Below are positions 20,790 to 37,293 of a stretch of 64,000 bases of DNA, one piece after another; positions within the stretch are counted from its first letter, which is position 1, and each line of letters starts with the position of its first letter. The notes beneath the pieces are model-generated. The model was not told the origin of the DNA. It ran no database searches and worked only from the letters and a program-made list of their open reading frames with translations. The translations under genes were made by a program, and so were the position numbers. Source of the stretch: the human T2T-CHM13v2.0 reference genome, Homo sapiens; assembly GCF_009914755.1 (NCBI RefSeq), contig NC_060935.1; one strand, written 5' to 3'.

Positions 20790-20965
20790 GCCTAGAATTT
20801 CTAAAGAAGGACTAAAGGAATTGTATGTTTGAATTTTTCTTCTACCACAGTTTTTGACACCATTCTGCATGGGAATTTTTTCCCTTGATAGTAATGTAAT
20901 AAGAATTGAAATAAGACTATGCCATTTTTTTAAAAAGTACTTCTGGAGAGTCTCCTCTTTCTGGT

Positions 20966-21263
<298 letters not shown>

Positions 21264-21629
21264 TGAACAGAGTAGAAGACAATGGAAATAATTTACTAAA
21301 GGAGGCAAGAGGAAAGCTGTCTAAACATTTTTATTTTTGGCTTTTTCTCTCTTTTTCTTTCAGTTGTAGTGGTGAAATGTGAAAATACAAGATCTATGAG
21401 ATCTACCATAGTAATATTGTAAGCTATATAGTACATTAGTACATAAATATTTATGTGCAGGATAGTAATTGCGACTGAAATTTGGAGCTAGGATTCATAA
21501 TGCATTCTAATACCAGAATTCAGAACTAGGATTCAAGTTTCTCAGTTGGAATTAGTTGATAATTAAAAGATTGAGATCCCAGTCATATATCATGTTTTCT
21601 TAAATTATGAATTATTATTCATCTTATAG

Positions 21630-21959
<330 letters not shown>

Positions 21960-22329
21960 TATGCATCTTTTAGAAAATTATAGTGTATAATAGACTAATA
22001 TTTGTTTAACCATCATTCAACTTTATCAATTCTGATAATTCTTCCACATTTTCTTTTAGGTCATTTTCAAGAAATAAAATATTAATAAAACCATTGAAAA
22101 CCAACTTATGCACCCCAATTTTACTTCTAAGTATTATTCTGCCAAATTTGCTTTTTATTGTACCCACACAAAAATACAATTTTATTACATGTCTATGTAT
22201 TCCAAAATAAAATTATGTATACAATTATTTTTCAGAACTAAAGCTTTATGTAATCATTGCCATCCTGTATGGATATTTTCTATTTTGTAAATGCTACTTT
22301 ATAATCCTTTTATAAAGTTGGCAGACATT

Positions 22330-23800
22330 TCCGTAAGTATTAAGAACACAGAAATCTGCACCGATTGTACAGGTTTAGCTTGATTTTTCTCACAGCAAAT
22401 ACACCCATGTAAACAGCACCTAAATCAATGAATACAATATTGCCATCCACAAAGGAGCTACATTTCTGTGTTCTCCAAATTTTTTCCATTTCACCCCTTG
22501 TCAACAGTAACCGATATCATGTTTCTAACACCATAGATTTCTTTTGACTCATTTTAAACATTAAATGAGTATACTCATCTCATATGTACTGTTTTTGTAT
22601 CTTGAATTTTAACTGATATTGCACCGAACTGGAAGAATTAATGGAAGAGAATTGACTTTGTTACCATACTGACTGTTTCAAGCCATTAACATTTTCCCAG
22701 TTATCTATTGTGTTATACCAATCTACCCAACTTTAGTGGCTTAAGACAATACTTTATCTAGCTCATGAATTCAATTAGAGTAAGACTTTGTGAAGACAGC
22801 TTGTTTTTCTTCAGTGTGGCTTCAGCTGGGGCCACTTCCAAAATGGCTGGTTCACATGGCTGAAAAGTTGGTTGATGACTGTCAGGCCGGGGAATCAGTT
22901 GATGTTGTATCTGCATCTCTCCATGGAGATGCCTGCTTTTTCTCCCAATTTGGATGCTAAATTCCAATAGCAAGTGTTCCTTGAGAGGAGAAGTAGAAGC
23001 TGCTAGTCTCTTAAGGTCTGAGCCCCCAAACTGATAAAATGTTACTTTTGCCACATTGTGTTGCTCAAAGCATGAAGAGGAATAGACAAGACCTCTTTGT
23101 GGGAAAGGTATCTAATAATATGTGGCCATTTTATACTTTCATACAAATCTTTAACATATTTCTCCTAGGTATTTCATTTATTCCTAGGCATGTAATATTC
23201 TTAATGCTATCTATCATAAATGATACAATTTTGTAGAAAGTTGTATAAATGTTAGTTGCGATGTGTAGAAGTATAAATAATTTCTAAAATATTTGTCTCA
23301 TCAGCTGTGCTAAATGTATTTATTAATTTGAATTGATTTTCTATATATTCTCTTTGAATTTTAACATATATAGTAATGTTATCTTTAAATAATTAGAATT
23401 TCATTTCTTCTTTTCCAGTCTCCATATAGATTTATTTGGATGTATAGGAAGACATATGTCAGTCACGTTTAAGCAATCATTCTCTACCTCAAAATCACAA
23501 AGGAGATTATTTCACTGACTCAGTCCTCAAGCACATTGTTAATAAGAAGCTGTGATAGGTGGCATGATTTACTCATTATGATCTCAGAAAGAAAGCTTTT
23601 GATATTTCATTATTACTTGTTTTTCTGTTTCTGTTTTTGTTTTTGTTCACTTGTTTATTTTAGGAGAAAGCTTTAACAGATTACATTTTCTTCTTTTGCT
23701 AGTTTGCTAAGAATTTTTGGAAAGAATTGGCGTTGAATTTGATCAAATCCTAAGTTTATTTTTCTTTTTGTGCTCAATTATTGATTTATTTCCATATTAA
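22330..23800 (-). mobile_element. Degenerate L1M fragments, interrupted by an MLT1 LTR
   Basis: L1M 3'UTR-like acacccatgtaaacagcacctaaatcaa and ORF2-like antisense tracts (tattcctaggcatg, ttgctaagaatttt). Confidence 0.5.
22697..23130. mobile_element. MaLR LTR (MLT1-like)
   Basis: agttatctattgtgttat...aactttagtggcttaagacaa...gctcatgaattc and cacttccaaaatggct motifs typical of MLT1. Confidence 0.65.
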
Positions 23801-24707
23801 CTGAGGCATATATTCACTTCTTGACCCTTTTTAAATTTTGTAGACAATTTCAAACCCATCCACATACTCCCCAGTGTTCACAAATTACCATGGAAAACAT
23901 CTGTTGTAACCTCTCTCAGAGCCAAGCCCAAGAGAATGCATTTTCTTTGAAGTCCATCCTCCCAATCTAAATCTTATATTTTTAGAGTATTTCTCAAATG
24001 TGCCTGTCTTCTCTGAATCTGTCCACACATAAACCTAAGACACATAATTTATTAGCAACCTCCAGGCACAGAATTACCAAGTTGTCCCCAAAACAGCTGA
24101 AGACCTTAATATTCTCATTTCTTCTGGATTTCTTACTCCTGCTGTTTACCTGACCACAAAGAATTCTGTTTACTTTTTTGAAGGTCATTTAATTTTCCAA
24201 AATGGGTAGTTCTTGTTATTTTATTTTAAACATTTAGGTTTCTTTTGGAGGGAGGGATTTTTCAGCATCTCAAGTTTGTCAAGAAGATACATGGTTTCCC
24301 CAGCCCTTCTTGTTTCAATGTTTCAATTTCTTCTAAGTTATTTTCGTTACAATTGTTTCCTTTTTTCTCTTTTTCAAGTTATGACATTCATCAGATGTCC
24401 CGTGATCCTTAGATAAAAGCTTTGTATGCATGTGGCAGGCTCATCAAGTATTAAGCCTGATTGTATTGTCTGTCATGCAACTAAACCATTTAATTGAAGG
24501 AATCACAACTGTCAATATCTTTAGGTTTTTGTTCTTGGGCTCATTAGTTTGTAGATGCTGGAATACTTCAGTATCCTTCTAGGAGGTACTAACTCAGTAC
24601 TACGTTGATCATTTTATTTTTCAGTAGTGTTTAAATGATATGACATAACTTAGACCAAGCCCAATTCCCTCTTTCTTTGGGATTACATGTTCTTAGGCTC
24701 TGGATTA

Positions 24708-25064
<357 letters not shown>

Positions 25065-25652
25065 TTATACCATATAATTTCTAACCCTAAAAGCTAAAAT
25101 ATTAGAGCATTTTCTAGATGATTTTGAAGTACTATGCATCTCCTAAACTGAAGATTTGTTTCTGAAAGTGCATATGTGCATGGTTATATTGAGGTTGTTG
25201 AAGGTACAGGAGTGAAATAATTCACATACTTCCACAGCAGAATAGACAAATTACTCATGATTATGGTTTATGCTTTCTGCTCATCCTCATTAAGAATTGT
25301 CCCTATTATTCATATAATATCCTAAAAGAGAAAAAATAAATTGGCTCCATAAGAAATCACTAGACCAATATAAAAACATTATTGTTGATAACATTATTTT
25401 TAATTGTTATTTCCAAGTACTTTTATGAATTTTGAATCTGACATTATTAGTACATTGTTGGGTATAAAGTTACATATATAGCCCTTTGGTGAACATGAGA
25501 TCTTTGCTTTTTTTTTCTATTTTTTTTTTATTTTTTAAGAAAACAGGCTGCTAGGGAAGCATCAGTTTTACATCATAATAAGTGACATTCCAGAGAAGAA
25601 GACTCCTTTAAGTTTCCATATTTCTCAACATAATGTCTGTGCTTAGTCAATT

Positions 25653-26046
25653 CTGTTAAAAGAAAAACTTTAGACATATTAAGCTTAACAGAGTTTAATT
25701 GAGCAGAGAATGATTCGCAAATCAGGAAGTTCCCTGAACCAGAATACGTTCAGAACAACTCTTGGCTTGCCACATGATTGAATAATATTTACGGACAGAT
25801 AATAAAAAAGGGACTTACAGAAAGCAGAAGTGAGGTACAGAAACAGCTGAATTGATTAGGACTCAGTATTTGTCTTAGTTTAACACAGTTTGAACAGTTG
25901 GCCACTTGTGAGTGCTGAAACTCCATGATTGGTATGAGCAATCTCTTCACATATCGTGTTAGTTTACCATTTGCTATGTATGGAGAAATCTTTAGGCTGA
26001 ATTTAAAATATGTAAGAAAGTGGCTTTGGACTAAACTAAATCAATA
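25653..26046 (-). mobile_element. ERV1 solo LTR, MER57-like
   Basis: tgttaaaagaaaaacttt...gagtttaattgagca...gattcgcaaatcagg at one end and ctttggactaaactaaatcaa at the other resemble MER57 termini. Confidence 0.65.
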
Positions 26047-26751
26047 ATTCATTTTGCTATAATTATTTCTTTTACCTCTGCACATTATTCTTTCCTTCTA
26101 TTCATAAAATACCAGCATTTTTTAATTTCTTTGTATGTTTTTCATTTTAAAGGTGATTTTAACTGGATATTTAAGCAAAATCCTGATTACTCCCCTTGGA
26201 TAACATCAAATATTCTTCTGAAATTCCTTCTGAAATCTGCTTCAAACTTGCGACACTTCTTTTCTAGTGCCTCATCTAACTTTTAAGAATCACAATGGCA
26301 AAAGTTATGTCCTATCACACACACACATATATATGTATAATCTAGTATGTTTCCTTTTACAAAATCTTGCCTATATGGGTTGCTAATGTAGCTTACATAA
26401 ATTCATAAATACAATACTGAAAAGTTTTCTGTAAGGACTAGGTCATGTACTTCAAATAAAAGGAAATTCTGTTAGTTTTAGGGCAGCAGACTATAATTTT
26501 GTCATAGATGAGTATATGACCCATGAGTTTAAAGGATCAAGGAACACAGGCTTAGACCCATCATTTGGTTGGATTTCATCTCAGAAAGTTACTTGGCCTT
26601 CAGATGTACCCTGCAGGTGCAATCCCCACCTACCTCCAATCTTTCAGGATCAATCTCTTCGGAGAATAAACTCCTTGTTTATTCCAGGATGGGGAGGAGT
26701 AGTCATCTAGACACAGGTGGCAAGGGATTTGCCTGGATTCTGATGCTTGTT

Positions 26752-28668
26752 TTTTAATTTTTTTTTGAGACGGAGTCTCACTCCATCACCCAAGCTGGAG
26801 CACAGTGGAGTCACAGGATCCTTAGGGTGTCACTCAGCCAGCCAGAAACCTTAGTGGCCAGTGGCACTTTTACCCAAGTTCTGCTTGGGTATGCTACGCT
26901 TGTTCTGTGCACTTGGCCTAGCAGGCTGCACTCAGCTCATGCTACTGGCCCAGATCCCATGACTGCCAAGGGTGAGCCAGGTGCAGAGTGGTAAGGGGTG
27001 TATGAGTAAGCAGGCATGGGGTCAAGCCCCTGGACATAGCCAGGCATGCTGGCTGTGACACGGCAGGCGGCTCCAGGTGCCGGCATCAGTGCTGGGGCCC
27101 TGTGAGGCTGCAGCTAAACCAGGCATACTACAGGCAGCTTCCACTGCTAGCACTGGGGAACACAGTGGCATCCAGAAGCTTGGAGATGCCAGGAACTGCA
27201 TAGCCCCAAAGAGGGTGTCAAAGCCCTGGCTCAGAGAGCTCCTAGGTCGGGGCTCCCCAAAGGAAAGCAGCTCTCTTCTTCTCTCCTCTTTTTCTCATTA
27301 CCCACAATGTGGCGAGTGAGAACTGTGTTTCAGCCCTATTTGTGTTGCAGCTCTTTGAGTCCTGCCATTCAGCAGGTCCTGAGTTCTTGTCCCGTTTCCA
27401 GGAAGAATGAGATAGGCAGACAGCTGGAGGGTGAGTGAGGCTAAAAGGTGCTTTACTGAGTGACAGAACAGCTTTTAGGAGACCTGAAGTGGGTAGCTCC
27501 TTTCCACAGGCAGGTCGTCCCAACGAGTTCACCTCTCAGGACAGAGGAGACCCGGAGTGTGTAGCTCCTATCCACAGGCAGGTCATCTGAACAAGTGTAC
27601 AGGTCTCAGCTGAGAGGAGACCCACAGTGGGTAGCTCCTCTCTGCAGGCAGATTTTCCTGACATCTGCTAGAGTCTGGCTGAGTCCAGGGTTTTTTTGGG
27701 TTTCAGAGGGGAGGAAGTGCATGCTGATTGGTCCATGGGCAGCCATGGGCGGGCAGGGGAAAAGCACCAAAAGTTCTTACACCAGTCCACAGAACTGGTA
27801 GCTCAGCCCCCAGACTTCAGGCCATCCCTGAGGACCTGCTTCTTTCCACCCAGGAACCTCTCTGCCATCTGCTGCCATTAACCTGCCATTCACAGTGCTC
27901 AGGTTCTTTTTGCCAATGGAAGCCTGCAGGCTTGTGCCAAGCTGCCCTCAGCCCTCCCTCAATCTCCCTCCCATGCTCATCAGTGCCCAAAGTCCAGAGG
28001 GAGCTAAGGAAGCATGGGGCTGATGCCACAAGGGGGCTGGAGAGTCAGCACTGGCCCCAGTGCACACACACCTGTCCGGGTTGTGACAGCACTTGGGCTC
28101 GGCCACAACTTTCCTCCAAAATCTGAGCAGGTGCCAGGAGCATGTAGAGACTAGGCAGTGGGAGCACACATTTTGAAGCCTGCAGGGCCAAGGGGTTTCC
28201 TGGACCCCAATATCACAGGGATGCCCAGGTCCACAGTCAAGGCTAGGCAGCTTCAATTGTGCCCAGGAGCATGAGGCTCCTGCCCTAACAGCTCAGAAGG
28301 GGATGAAACTCCTGCCTGTTCCCAGCTGCCTCTGGCTCCATGGAGCTTTCATCCCTGGCCACACCTCCTATGCTGCAGCTGGCGTCTTTGTAGCAGCCAC
28401 TCCAGACAGGCTGCTGCTGCCATCAATGGCATTATCTCTGTTCATTGCAACCTCTGTCTCCCAGGTTCAAGCAATGCTTGTGCCTCAGCATCCCAAGTAG
28501 CTGGAATTACAGGTGTGTACCACCATGCCCGGCTATTGTTTGTATTTTCAGTAGAGACAGGCTTTGCCATGTTGGCCAGGCTAGTCTCAAACTCCTGACC
28601 TCAAGTGACCTGCCCACCTCGGCCTCCCAAAGTGCTGGGATTACAAGCATGAGCCACTGTGCCTGGCC
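26752..28668 (-). mobile_element. Alu (AluS) split by a MER52 LTR (pieces ~26752-26808 and 28430-28668)
   Basis: Alu sequence stops at ...ggagcacagtgg and resumes at cattatctctgttcattgcaacctc; Alu TSD ttctgatgctt on both outer sides. Confidence 0.92.
26809..28425 (-). mobile_element. ERV1 solo LTR, MER52-like (~1.6 kb)
   Basis: Minus strand starts TGATGGCAGCAGCAGCCTGTCTGGAGTGGCTGC; GC-rich body; repeated agaggagaccc...gtagctcct...gcagg units; 4-bp TSD gtgg/atgg. Confidence 0.88.
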
Positions 28669-28905
28669 CCTTCTGATGCTTCTTTTATGGATTTTCAAAT
28701 ACTCCTATTTTTATCACTCTACTTTCAATGGTTCTGGTTTCCAAAATTACTAAAGCTGTTTGAAGTCCTGTGGCATGGATGAACCAACTTCTAGGATCCC
28801 TTCATTACTTGCATGTTTCATCTTTTTGCCAATACTCAATTTGCTATTACCCATCTAATTTCCACCCATGAACATTTTGTTAATATTTGTTTTTTTTTCG
28901 TTCTT

Positions 28906-28922
28906 GAGAGAGAGAGAGAGAG

Positions 28923-28962
<40 letters not shown>
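28906..28962. repeat. (GA)n(GT)n microsatellite
   Basis: Direct reading. Confidence 0.92.
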
Positions 28963-28964
<2 letters not shown>

Positions 28965-29424
28965 TATTTGTGTATTACCCTTTATGATTTTCAGTGCTGC
29001 CTTCCCTCCAGGGGGAAGACAGAACAGTTGAAGTAGCGCATCTGGAAATGTAACAATATTTTCTTTCTAGTCCTATGAGATGCTCTTTTCCATTTCTGTA
29101 CAAGCCTGAGCTTCAGATATATCAAAATTCATGAAGCTTCCTGACTAAGCCTTACTGCTCTTACATTTTTATTTTCTATAGGCAATGCTATCTTTATTTT
29201 TTCTATTTTTACATATGAATATAATTGATCATGAATATAATTTTTGTTAGGAGTATATTTTGAGTCCTGTATCTTTCCATCAAATCAAGCAATATTATGT
29301 TACAGAGCTTTCATGAGGACTTTAAACTTTTCTAAAACATCACAGCTACTAATCCTAAAAGATGTACCAGAAAGATCATAGCATATATTCCATATTACAC
29401 TGTGTGTTAAACCTATATTTTTAG

Positions 29425-29740
<316 letters not shown>

Positions 29741-31004
29741 TTAAGTTATAATTTTTAGAAACACACACACACATATATATATACACACCTACATAAGTAG
29801 ACTATATATATATATGTATACATACACATACATAAGTAGAAAATTTGGGAAAGGTATTCATCCAATAATAGAGCTGTGAGGGGTAAAAAGATGGAGGAGA
29901 AAAGAAGGGAGAGATGGGAAATATCAATTCTAATTTTAAAAGGAAACATGCCAACAATAAAACACCATTCTGTGTTTGTGTGTGTATCATAGAAATGTGA
30001 GAATTACCAATAACCTGCTAATAGTGATCATATCTGTGTAGAGAGATTTATGTAATATTTACCTTCTTCCTTGAACTATTCTTATTTTATATCATTTTCT
30101 GAAAACAAATTATTATATATTTTTTACCGGAAAATGGGTAGTTCTACAGAAACACAACCAGGTATATTACCAGGCTCCTTCTTGGTATTTTATAAAACGG
30201 GTAATATACATATTATTCATATTTTCTGAGGTTTTTGTCATCTGTGATTTTTAAGAAGCTGAGATTTAAACTTTTAAAGAATAGTAATAAATAGTAGTAA
30301 AAATATCAGAATGCTTTCTTTAAATATAGAATGACATTTATTTTGTTCATGTTTTCTACAAATTTGTGTCACTCTTTTGCCCAGATTCATGGAGTTATGG
30401 CCCACTATTTAAGTGAGATGAAGGCAGTCCCAAGAGTCATACTGGCTCTGATTCAATCACTGGCAAAATATTAGCCCCTGCCATAAGCACACACTAAAAT
30501 AACTATGCTAATTTTCAACTGATAAATTGTAATGAATCTTATTTTTCTACCTGCTGTGTATCATTGAGAATGGAATAATGAAAATAAGAAAAAAACTTAT
30601 TTAAATATGAAAAGGAAATGCAACATAAAGGGCATAAATTAGAAAAATATATATATATAGGTATATGACATCTTCTACATGCCAAAGGCTATCTAAGCAC
30701 GTATATTGTCATTAATAGTCTGAAGCACTTATGAGAATAATATATCCCTTATGAGTGTTTATCTTCTTTTTTATTAAAGAAATTACGGGACAAACAAGTT
30801 AAATAAATTGGACAAAGTTATTGTAGCTGAGCTCTATATGAATCTATAGTGCAAAAGTCATTAAATAAGTTGAGAAAAGGGTTTAGACCTAAACACAGGA
30901 GAGTCTTGACAAGGTATAATTAATGTTATTCAATATATGAAGCCATCTAAATAGGAGCATATCTTTATTTTCATGTGATTGTTGATCACTATATCTGAGC
31001 CACT

Positions 31005-31175
31005 CTAGTATGTGAGGAAAGTACCAGGCCATAGACTGCAATGAGACACACTTGCGTCTAAACCCTGGTTTCTTTTATGTGACCTTGAGAACACTAAGCC
31101 ACTCTAGTCAAGTTTCATACAAATAACATTAGACCTCATCTATAATATATGACTGTAAAAATTAAATTACGATTC
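31005..31175 (+). mobile_element. MIR relic
   Basis: Degenerate MIR core: tgtgaccttgaga...ctcatctataatat. Confidence 0.45.
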
Positions 31176-34100
31176 ATATGGAAAGTTTTCCCAAGCCAGT
31201 ATTTCTTCTTAAATGCTATCAATTCATATTTACTGTTAAACTCCTCTTTTTTCCTAGAGAAAAACAAGTAAATAAGGCACAAGTTTTATCTTTAACTTGC
31301 TTAAGATATGGTTTATTTCTTCTAAATTTAGAAAAAAAAATGTACACAAGATACAATGGCAGATTTATCTCTAACATTGGTAGAATTGGCATTTGATTAT
31401 TTAACGCATTGAAGAGCACTATTTAATATATATCTGCATTTAATACAATTAGGCTAATGTGCTTGGCACTAGGGATAAAAATATGAATACAAAACACCAT
31501 ATTTTGACGTAACTTGCAAACTGATGGGGGCAGAAAGCAGTTGGTACTGGCCTAGGTGTTAAAAGTCCAGCATCTCGTGGGCAATGACACATATGCAATA
31601 GTCTCAATAAAGGAGAGATGGAATAGGAAACCGCATGCAATGATGAGAGAATAGACAGGTGCAGGTAAATGGCATCATTTCCAAGGTCACTCATTATGCC
31701 TTTTATTATATTGTCTATTCTTATTTTGGTAACTGTGAGAGGTTGCAAACAGAAAAATTTTAGGAGGCAGAAATGTTCCATACTACTAATCCTTTTCTGA
31801 CCACTGAGTGTTCCTGAATCACTCACCAAAATCGCATGCTTCACGTGAAATTTATTAAGCTGATTTGAAAATTATAATCTTGGTTCGGAAACCTCACAGC
31901 GTTGGCTTGCTTGATTACTCCAAATGTGCACCAGTTCCCTTCTTTTCTCCTGCTTACATTATTTCATGGGCAACTTTGCAACCTAAAGTCTAGAATTCAA
32001 ACTGCCTATAAATAGGAAGGAGCAGCATAATTTTACTTTTCCACCAATCATTGATGAACTCAGCCATATTTTCTTCTTTCTCTGCATGTTCTCAATATGC
32101 TTTCAATGTTGTAGATTAATTTTTTTTCCATTCCGTCTCCACTGCTGATATGTTGATTGGCCTAATTCCCCAGCAGCTGATCAAGTTTTATTACTTAGTG
32201 GCTATTTAGTATTTGGACTCTTTTCAGATTGTCCTAAGCATCCACTTTTAAGAATTGTTCTATGGGCAGTCTTAATACAAACCTCACATATGATGTTTCT
32301 TGAACTCTTTCGTTAGATCACCAGGAAAGGTAAATTATTGTATTCAGGTATCCAAGAGACCTTATTGTTTTCTGTATTGAAGAAGAATGCCCTATCTCAT
32401 GACCTATCAGAAGTATACAATTGCATAAATTTGGGGGGGTGCAACTTTAAATGGAGGAATAACAACATGGCTTATTCTGCACATTTAATGACTTATCGTT
32501 TGTTTGGTTCCTGACTTGGTTCAAGGGCAATCGGTTAGCCCAGCTAGACCCTGAGCACATGCTCTTATAAATCTTCCATAATACACTCCACTGTTATCCT
32601 GAACTGGTGATAATAAAAATACTTTTAGTAGTCGCATGGATGAACAACTTTTAATGACTATGTAAGTACTCTATTGCATAATGTAATTAATGCATGATTA
32701 CCATGACTTAATGGATAATACAGTTTTGGATAAAGCAAAATTTAAAAATGAGTTGATTTAAATAAAATGTTAAATAATAATAGAAGTTGTAGAATCACAT
32801 AACAAAATTACTAATATGCTGCTCAAATAATTGACACTTGTAAAAATCAGCTGTTATGTTTACCCATCTTTTTCCACCAAATCAAAAGATTCCTGCACTG
32901 TAGATCTCTTGATTCCCATGGCCTCTAGACCATGTTAAGTCCCTATTCACAAGTATCACTCTGTACTTCTCTCTCTGAAACCGCATCCAGTTTCTCATTA
33001 TTGATTTGATAACTTTTTTCCACTTTAGGTTCAATGAACTTGTATAGTATTATGTCTATCTTATACTCACTAGCTCCGATTTAGTAACTGGGCCGTGGAA
33101 GGCTTTAACATTTGTTACATGAATAAGCCGGAGATGACTCATATTTCACAGGGTTTCAATCAAGGAAAAGGCAAACTCTGTAAAAATTAGGATTTACAAG
33201 ACAGATAATCAGCATTGATCTTTAAAGTTATTATTCTGAGTCTTTTTTTAAATTGTTATGGCTGCTTTATTATATATAATGCAAAAATGCTATTAGTAAA
33301 TTTTTTGTTTTCTGCTGCTCCTTTTTGTTGCTAAGTAGATATCATATATGCATGTTGGTAGGTTTCAGATACGGGAATGGGGATCTGGATCTGTGTTTCA
33401 GATTCAAGCCTTCAGAAAATTGGATTTTCAAAATAGAGTGAGACGGGCTTTGGGTTCCTTGGCATAAGTCAGAATAGAGCTACTAAGAGGTGGCATGGGT
33501 GGGTAAGGTAAGAGGGTAAATGAGAGAATCCAAAAAAAGCAGAGATACAGTATAGAATGGCAAGCTAGTGAACACTGCTGATGGGATTGTTCAGTGATCA
33601 TTTGGAACAGGTATATTTGATCCTGAATTTAAAGTTTACTTTATTTCTACAGTTCAAAGCCACTGTATATACTTAATACTTTGTATACTTTGAATTTTAT
33701 CAATAAAGAAGATTAATTAAAGAAAGTCACTGAGTCTACCCAATGCAATACAATGGCAGCAAATCTAGTATTATTGGAAGATTGATAGACAGAATTAATT
33801 TAGACAAAGCTGGAACTTAGGGTCCAGAAGGGGCTAAGATAGCTGCCCATAGTCATATAAATCAGAGATATTGTGAGAAATTAAGAGATATTCTAAAATT
33901 GTACAATGGATTTCTAGCCATTTTTATGCAGGTATTAAGGGTAGAATAATCCAACTGAATTATTTAACAATAGTTGTTGAACGATGATAATGAATTATTA
34001 AACAATAATTCAATATTTATATACAAATTTATTAATCTAGTATTTATGTTCATCTTTTTAATTTTTGTGAAATGGTGATATAAGTAAAAGTTTTTGTTAG

Positions 34101-34857
34101 CCTTCAAGTTCCGTTCATCAGCTAATAAAAAAAGGAGAGAAGAAGAGATCCATTTGATCCATTTGTTATACAGTTGTGTATTCTGTTCAATAAGTTTAAC
34201 AAATATCTACCAGGAGGTCTGTTTTATAGCACACATATAGTGGATTAATCTTATCTAAAAGTTAAAAGTTAGCTATAAGCATCAGTCCATGTTATAACAT
34301 TACATGGATTCAAAATCAGTCGTATATTTTTGAGGGAGTTACTTAGAGTTAACGTAATTTTTATTTATTTATTTATTTTTAATTTGTGAAACTGGCTTTA
34401 TATATTTAGTAAAAGTTATGAAACCAATCTGGATAGACAGTGTATGTGAAAACAGAGAGAGGTACTTGGGGCAATGTTTATGGAGAGTTAAGGAAGGAGA
34501 GAGAAGCAGTGAGACATTTAATAGTTATATGTAGATTTATTAATAATTATCTACATCTACAATAGTACATTGAACACTAGCTTGGATTATAAACATATCA
34601 TAAAGGAATGCTACTTTTTATTTTGGATTCGACTCACAAAAATAGAAATTTCAATTGTTATACTCAGATATTTTAAGGGGACTTTTCCATCGCCCGTTAA
34701 GGTGAAATTTCACCCGTAAGGTGAAGTTATCCTTTATACTTGCTTTAATCTCAGCCTTAATCTCAAAAAACTTACACGGTGAGGTAGAATTTGAATGACA
34801 ACACAGATCTATAAAAATATTAGGTACACAGAAACTTAGAAGCCATGTTAAAAGATC

Positions 34858-34940
34858 CATATATAGATAGATAGATATAGATATAGATATAGATACAGAT
34901 ATAGATATATAGAGATATATCTATATCTATATATATATAG
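34858..34940. repeat. (TAGA)/(TAGATA)n microsatellite
   Basis: Direct reading. Confidence 0.9.
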
Positions 34941-35829
34941 TAGTTTATTTTACATGGCTGAAATTAATTTATTTTCAACTTTAATCTGACTGATTCATAG
35001 TCACAATATTTGTCTTTTTGGGAGGGCTTCACAGTCTGCCATATAAAATATTTATATCCTTTTTTCTTCATATGAATCAAAATTATCACCATTCCTCTTC
35101 TCACTGATTTTACAAATGAAACTGCATAACTAATCCATAGCATTTTTAGAGAAGAAAAATGACTTGACACACAGCAGGAATATGCTCACCTGACAAGCCA
35201 TCACTCTAAAGTTTCCATTAGCTCAATCAGAAAATGGCTTCAGAGTAAAAAAATATGAAGGCTTGGAGTCTATTACTCCCATGGCTATAGTTTGGCAAAC
35301 TTACAGAAAAAAATCATTTTTTTTCTCACAGCCTGATAATATTCAAACTTTTTCAGTCACTCCTTAATGGTTAGCATTATTCTCTCACCTGGCAAAACAA
35401 AAATAAAACAGAGATGAGGAGAGAGAGAAAAGGTGTGGGTACAGGAATAAAAGGGAAAGGAGGAGTGTAGAGGAAGAGATAAAAGAGATGAAGGGAAAAA
35501 GGAGGGAAGGATGTCTCTGGCTGCTGAGAAATAATAATAAGACGTAGTAACACTGGTAAAAGTGGCGTGTTTGTGATAATTTCCAGTGTCAACCAACAAC
35601 TTACAGACATTCTTGGAATGAGAAATGATTGGTGAAATTGATATAGTAACTTAAGAAAAAATGAAACATTTGATAACTAGAGCAAGACAGAATTCATCAA
35701 ATGGATATTATTTGTAGAGCTTCTTACAATGGACTCTTCTTTCTGTGCTGCTGTGTGCTGGGTTTATTCTGTTTCACACTCTCCGTAAACTATGAGAGGT
35801 TTTATTTGCCTTTTTTAGACCAGAAAAAA

Positions 35830-36910
<1,081 letters not shown>

Positions 36911-36983
36911 AAGCCAAGATTTAAACCCAGGTTTGCCTATAAAACCTAGAATTTTTTTTACCAGCCCACAACCTATTGGAAAA

Positions 36984-37293
36984 TTATTATTATTATTATT
37001 ATTATTATCACTGAGACAGAGTTTCACTCTTGTTGCCCATACTGGAGTACAATGGCATGATCTCAGCTCACTGCAACCTCTGCCCCCGGGTTCAAGCTAT
37101 TCTCCTACCTCAGCCTCCCGAGTAGCTGGGATTACAGGGATGCACCACCACACCCAGCTAATTTTGTATTTTTAGTAGAGACGGGGTTTCACCATGTTGG
37201 TCGGGCTGGTCTCGAACTCCTGACCTCAGGTGATCTGCCCACTTTGTTCTCCCAAAGTGCTGAGATTACAGGCAGGAACCACCACAACTGGCC
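36984..37293 (-). mobile_element. Alu (AluSq-like) with (TAA)n tail
   Basis: Antisense dimer; tttcactcttgttgccc diagnostic. Confidence 0.94.

Noticed and set aside
27470-27660. Three spaced agaggagaccc...gtagctcct...gcagg repeats, superficially array-like
   Set aside because: Internal tandem units of the MER52-like LTR, not a CRISPR or independent array.
30345-30395. Faint similarity to antisense U6 snRNA 3' part (aatttgtgtcactcttttgcccag)
   Set aside because: Short, gapped, many mismatches, no tail or TSD; not distinguishable from chance by eye.
31449-32400. Repeat-poor stretch with a 131-aa minus ORF and a CACGTG E-box
   Set aside because: No recognisable protein similarity; single short motifs are expected by chance and conservation cannot be judged without alignment.
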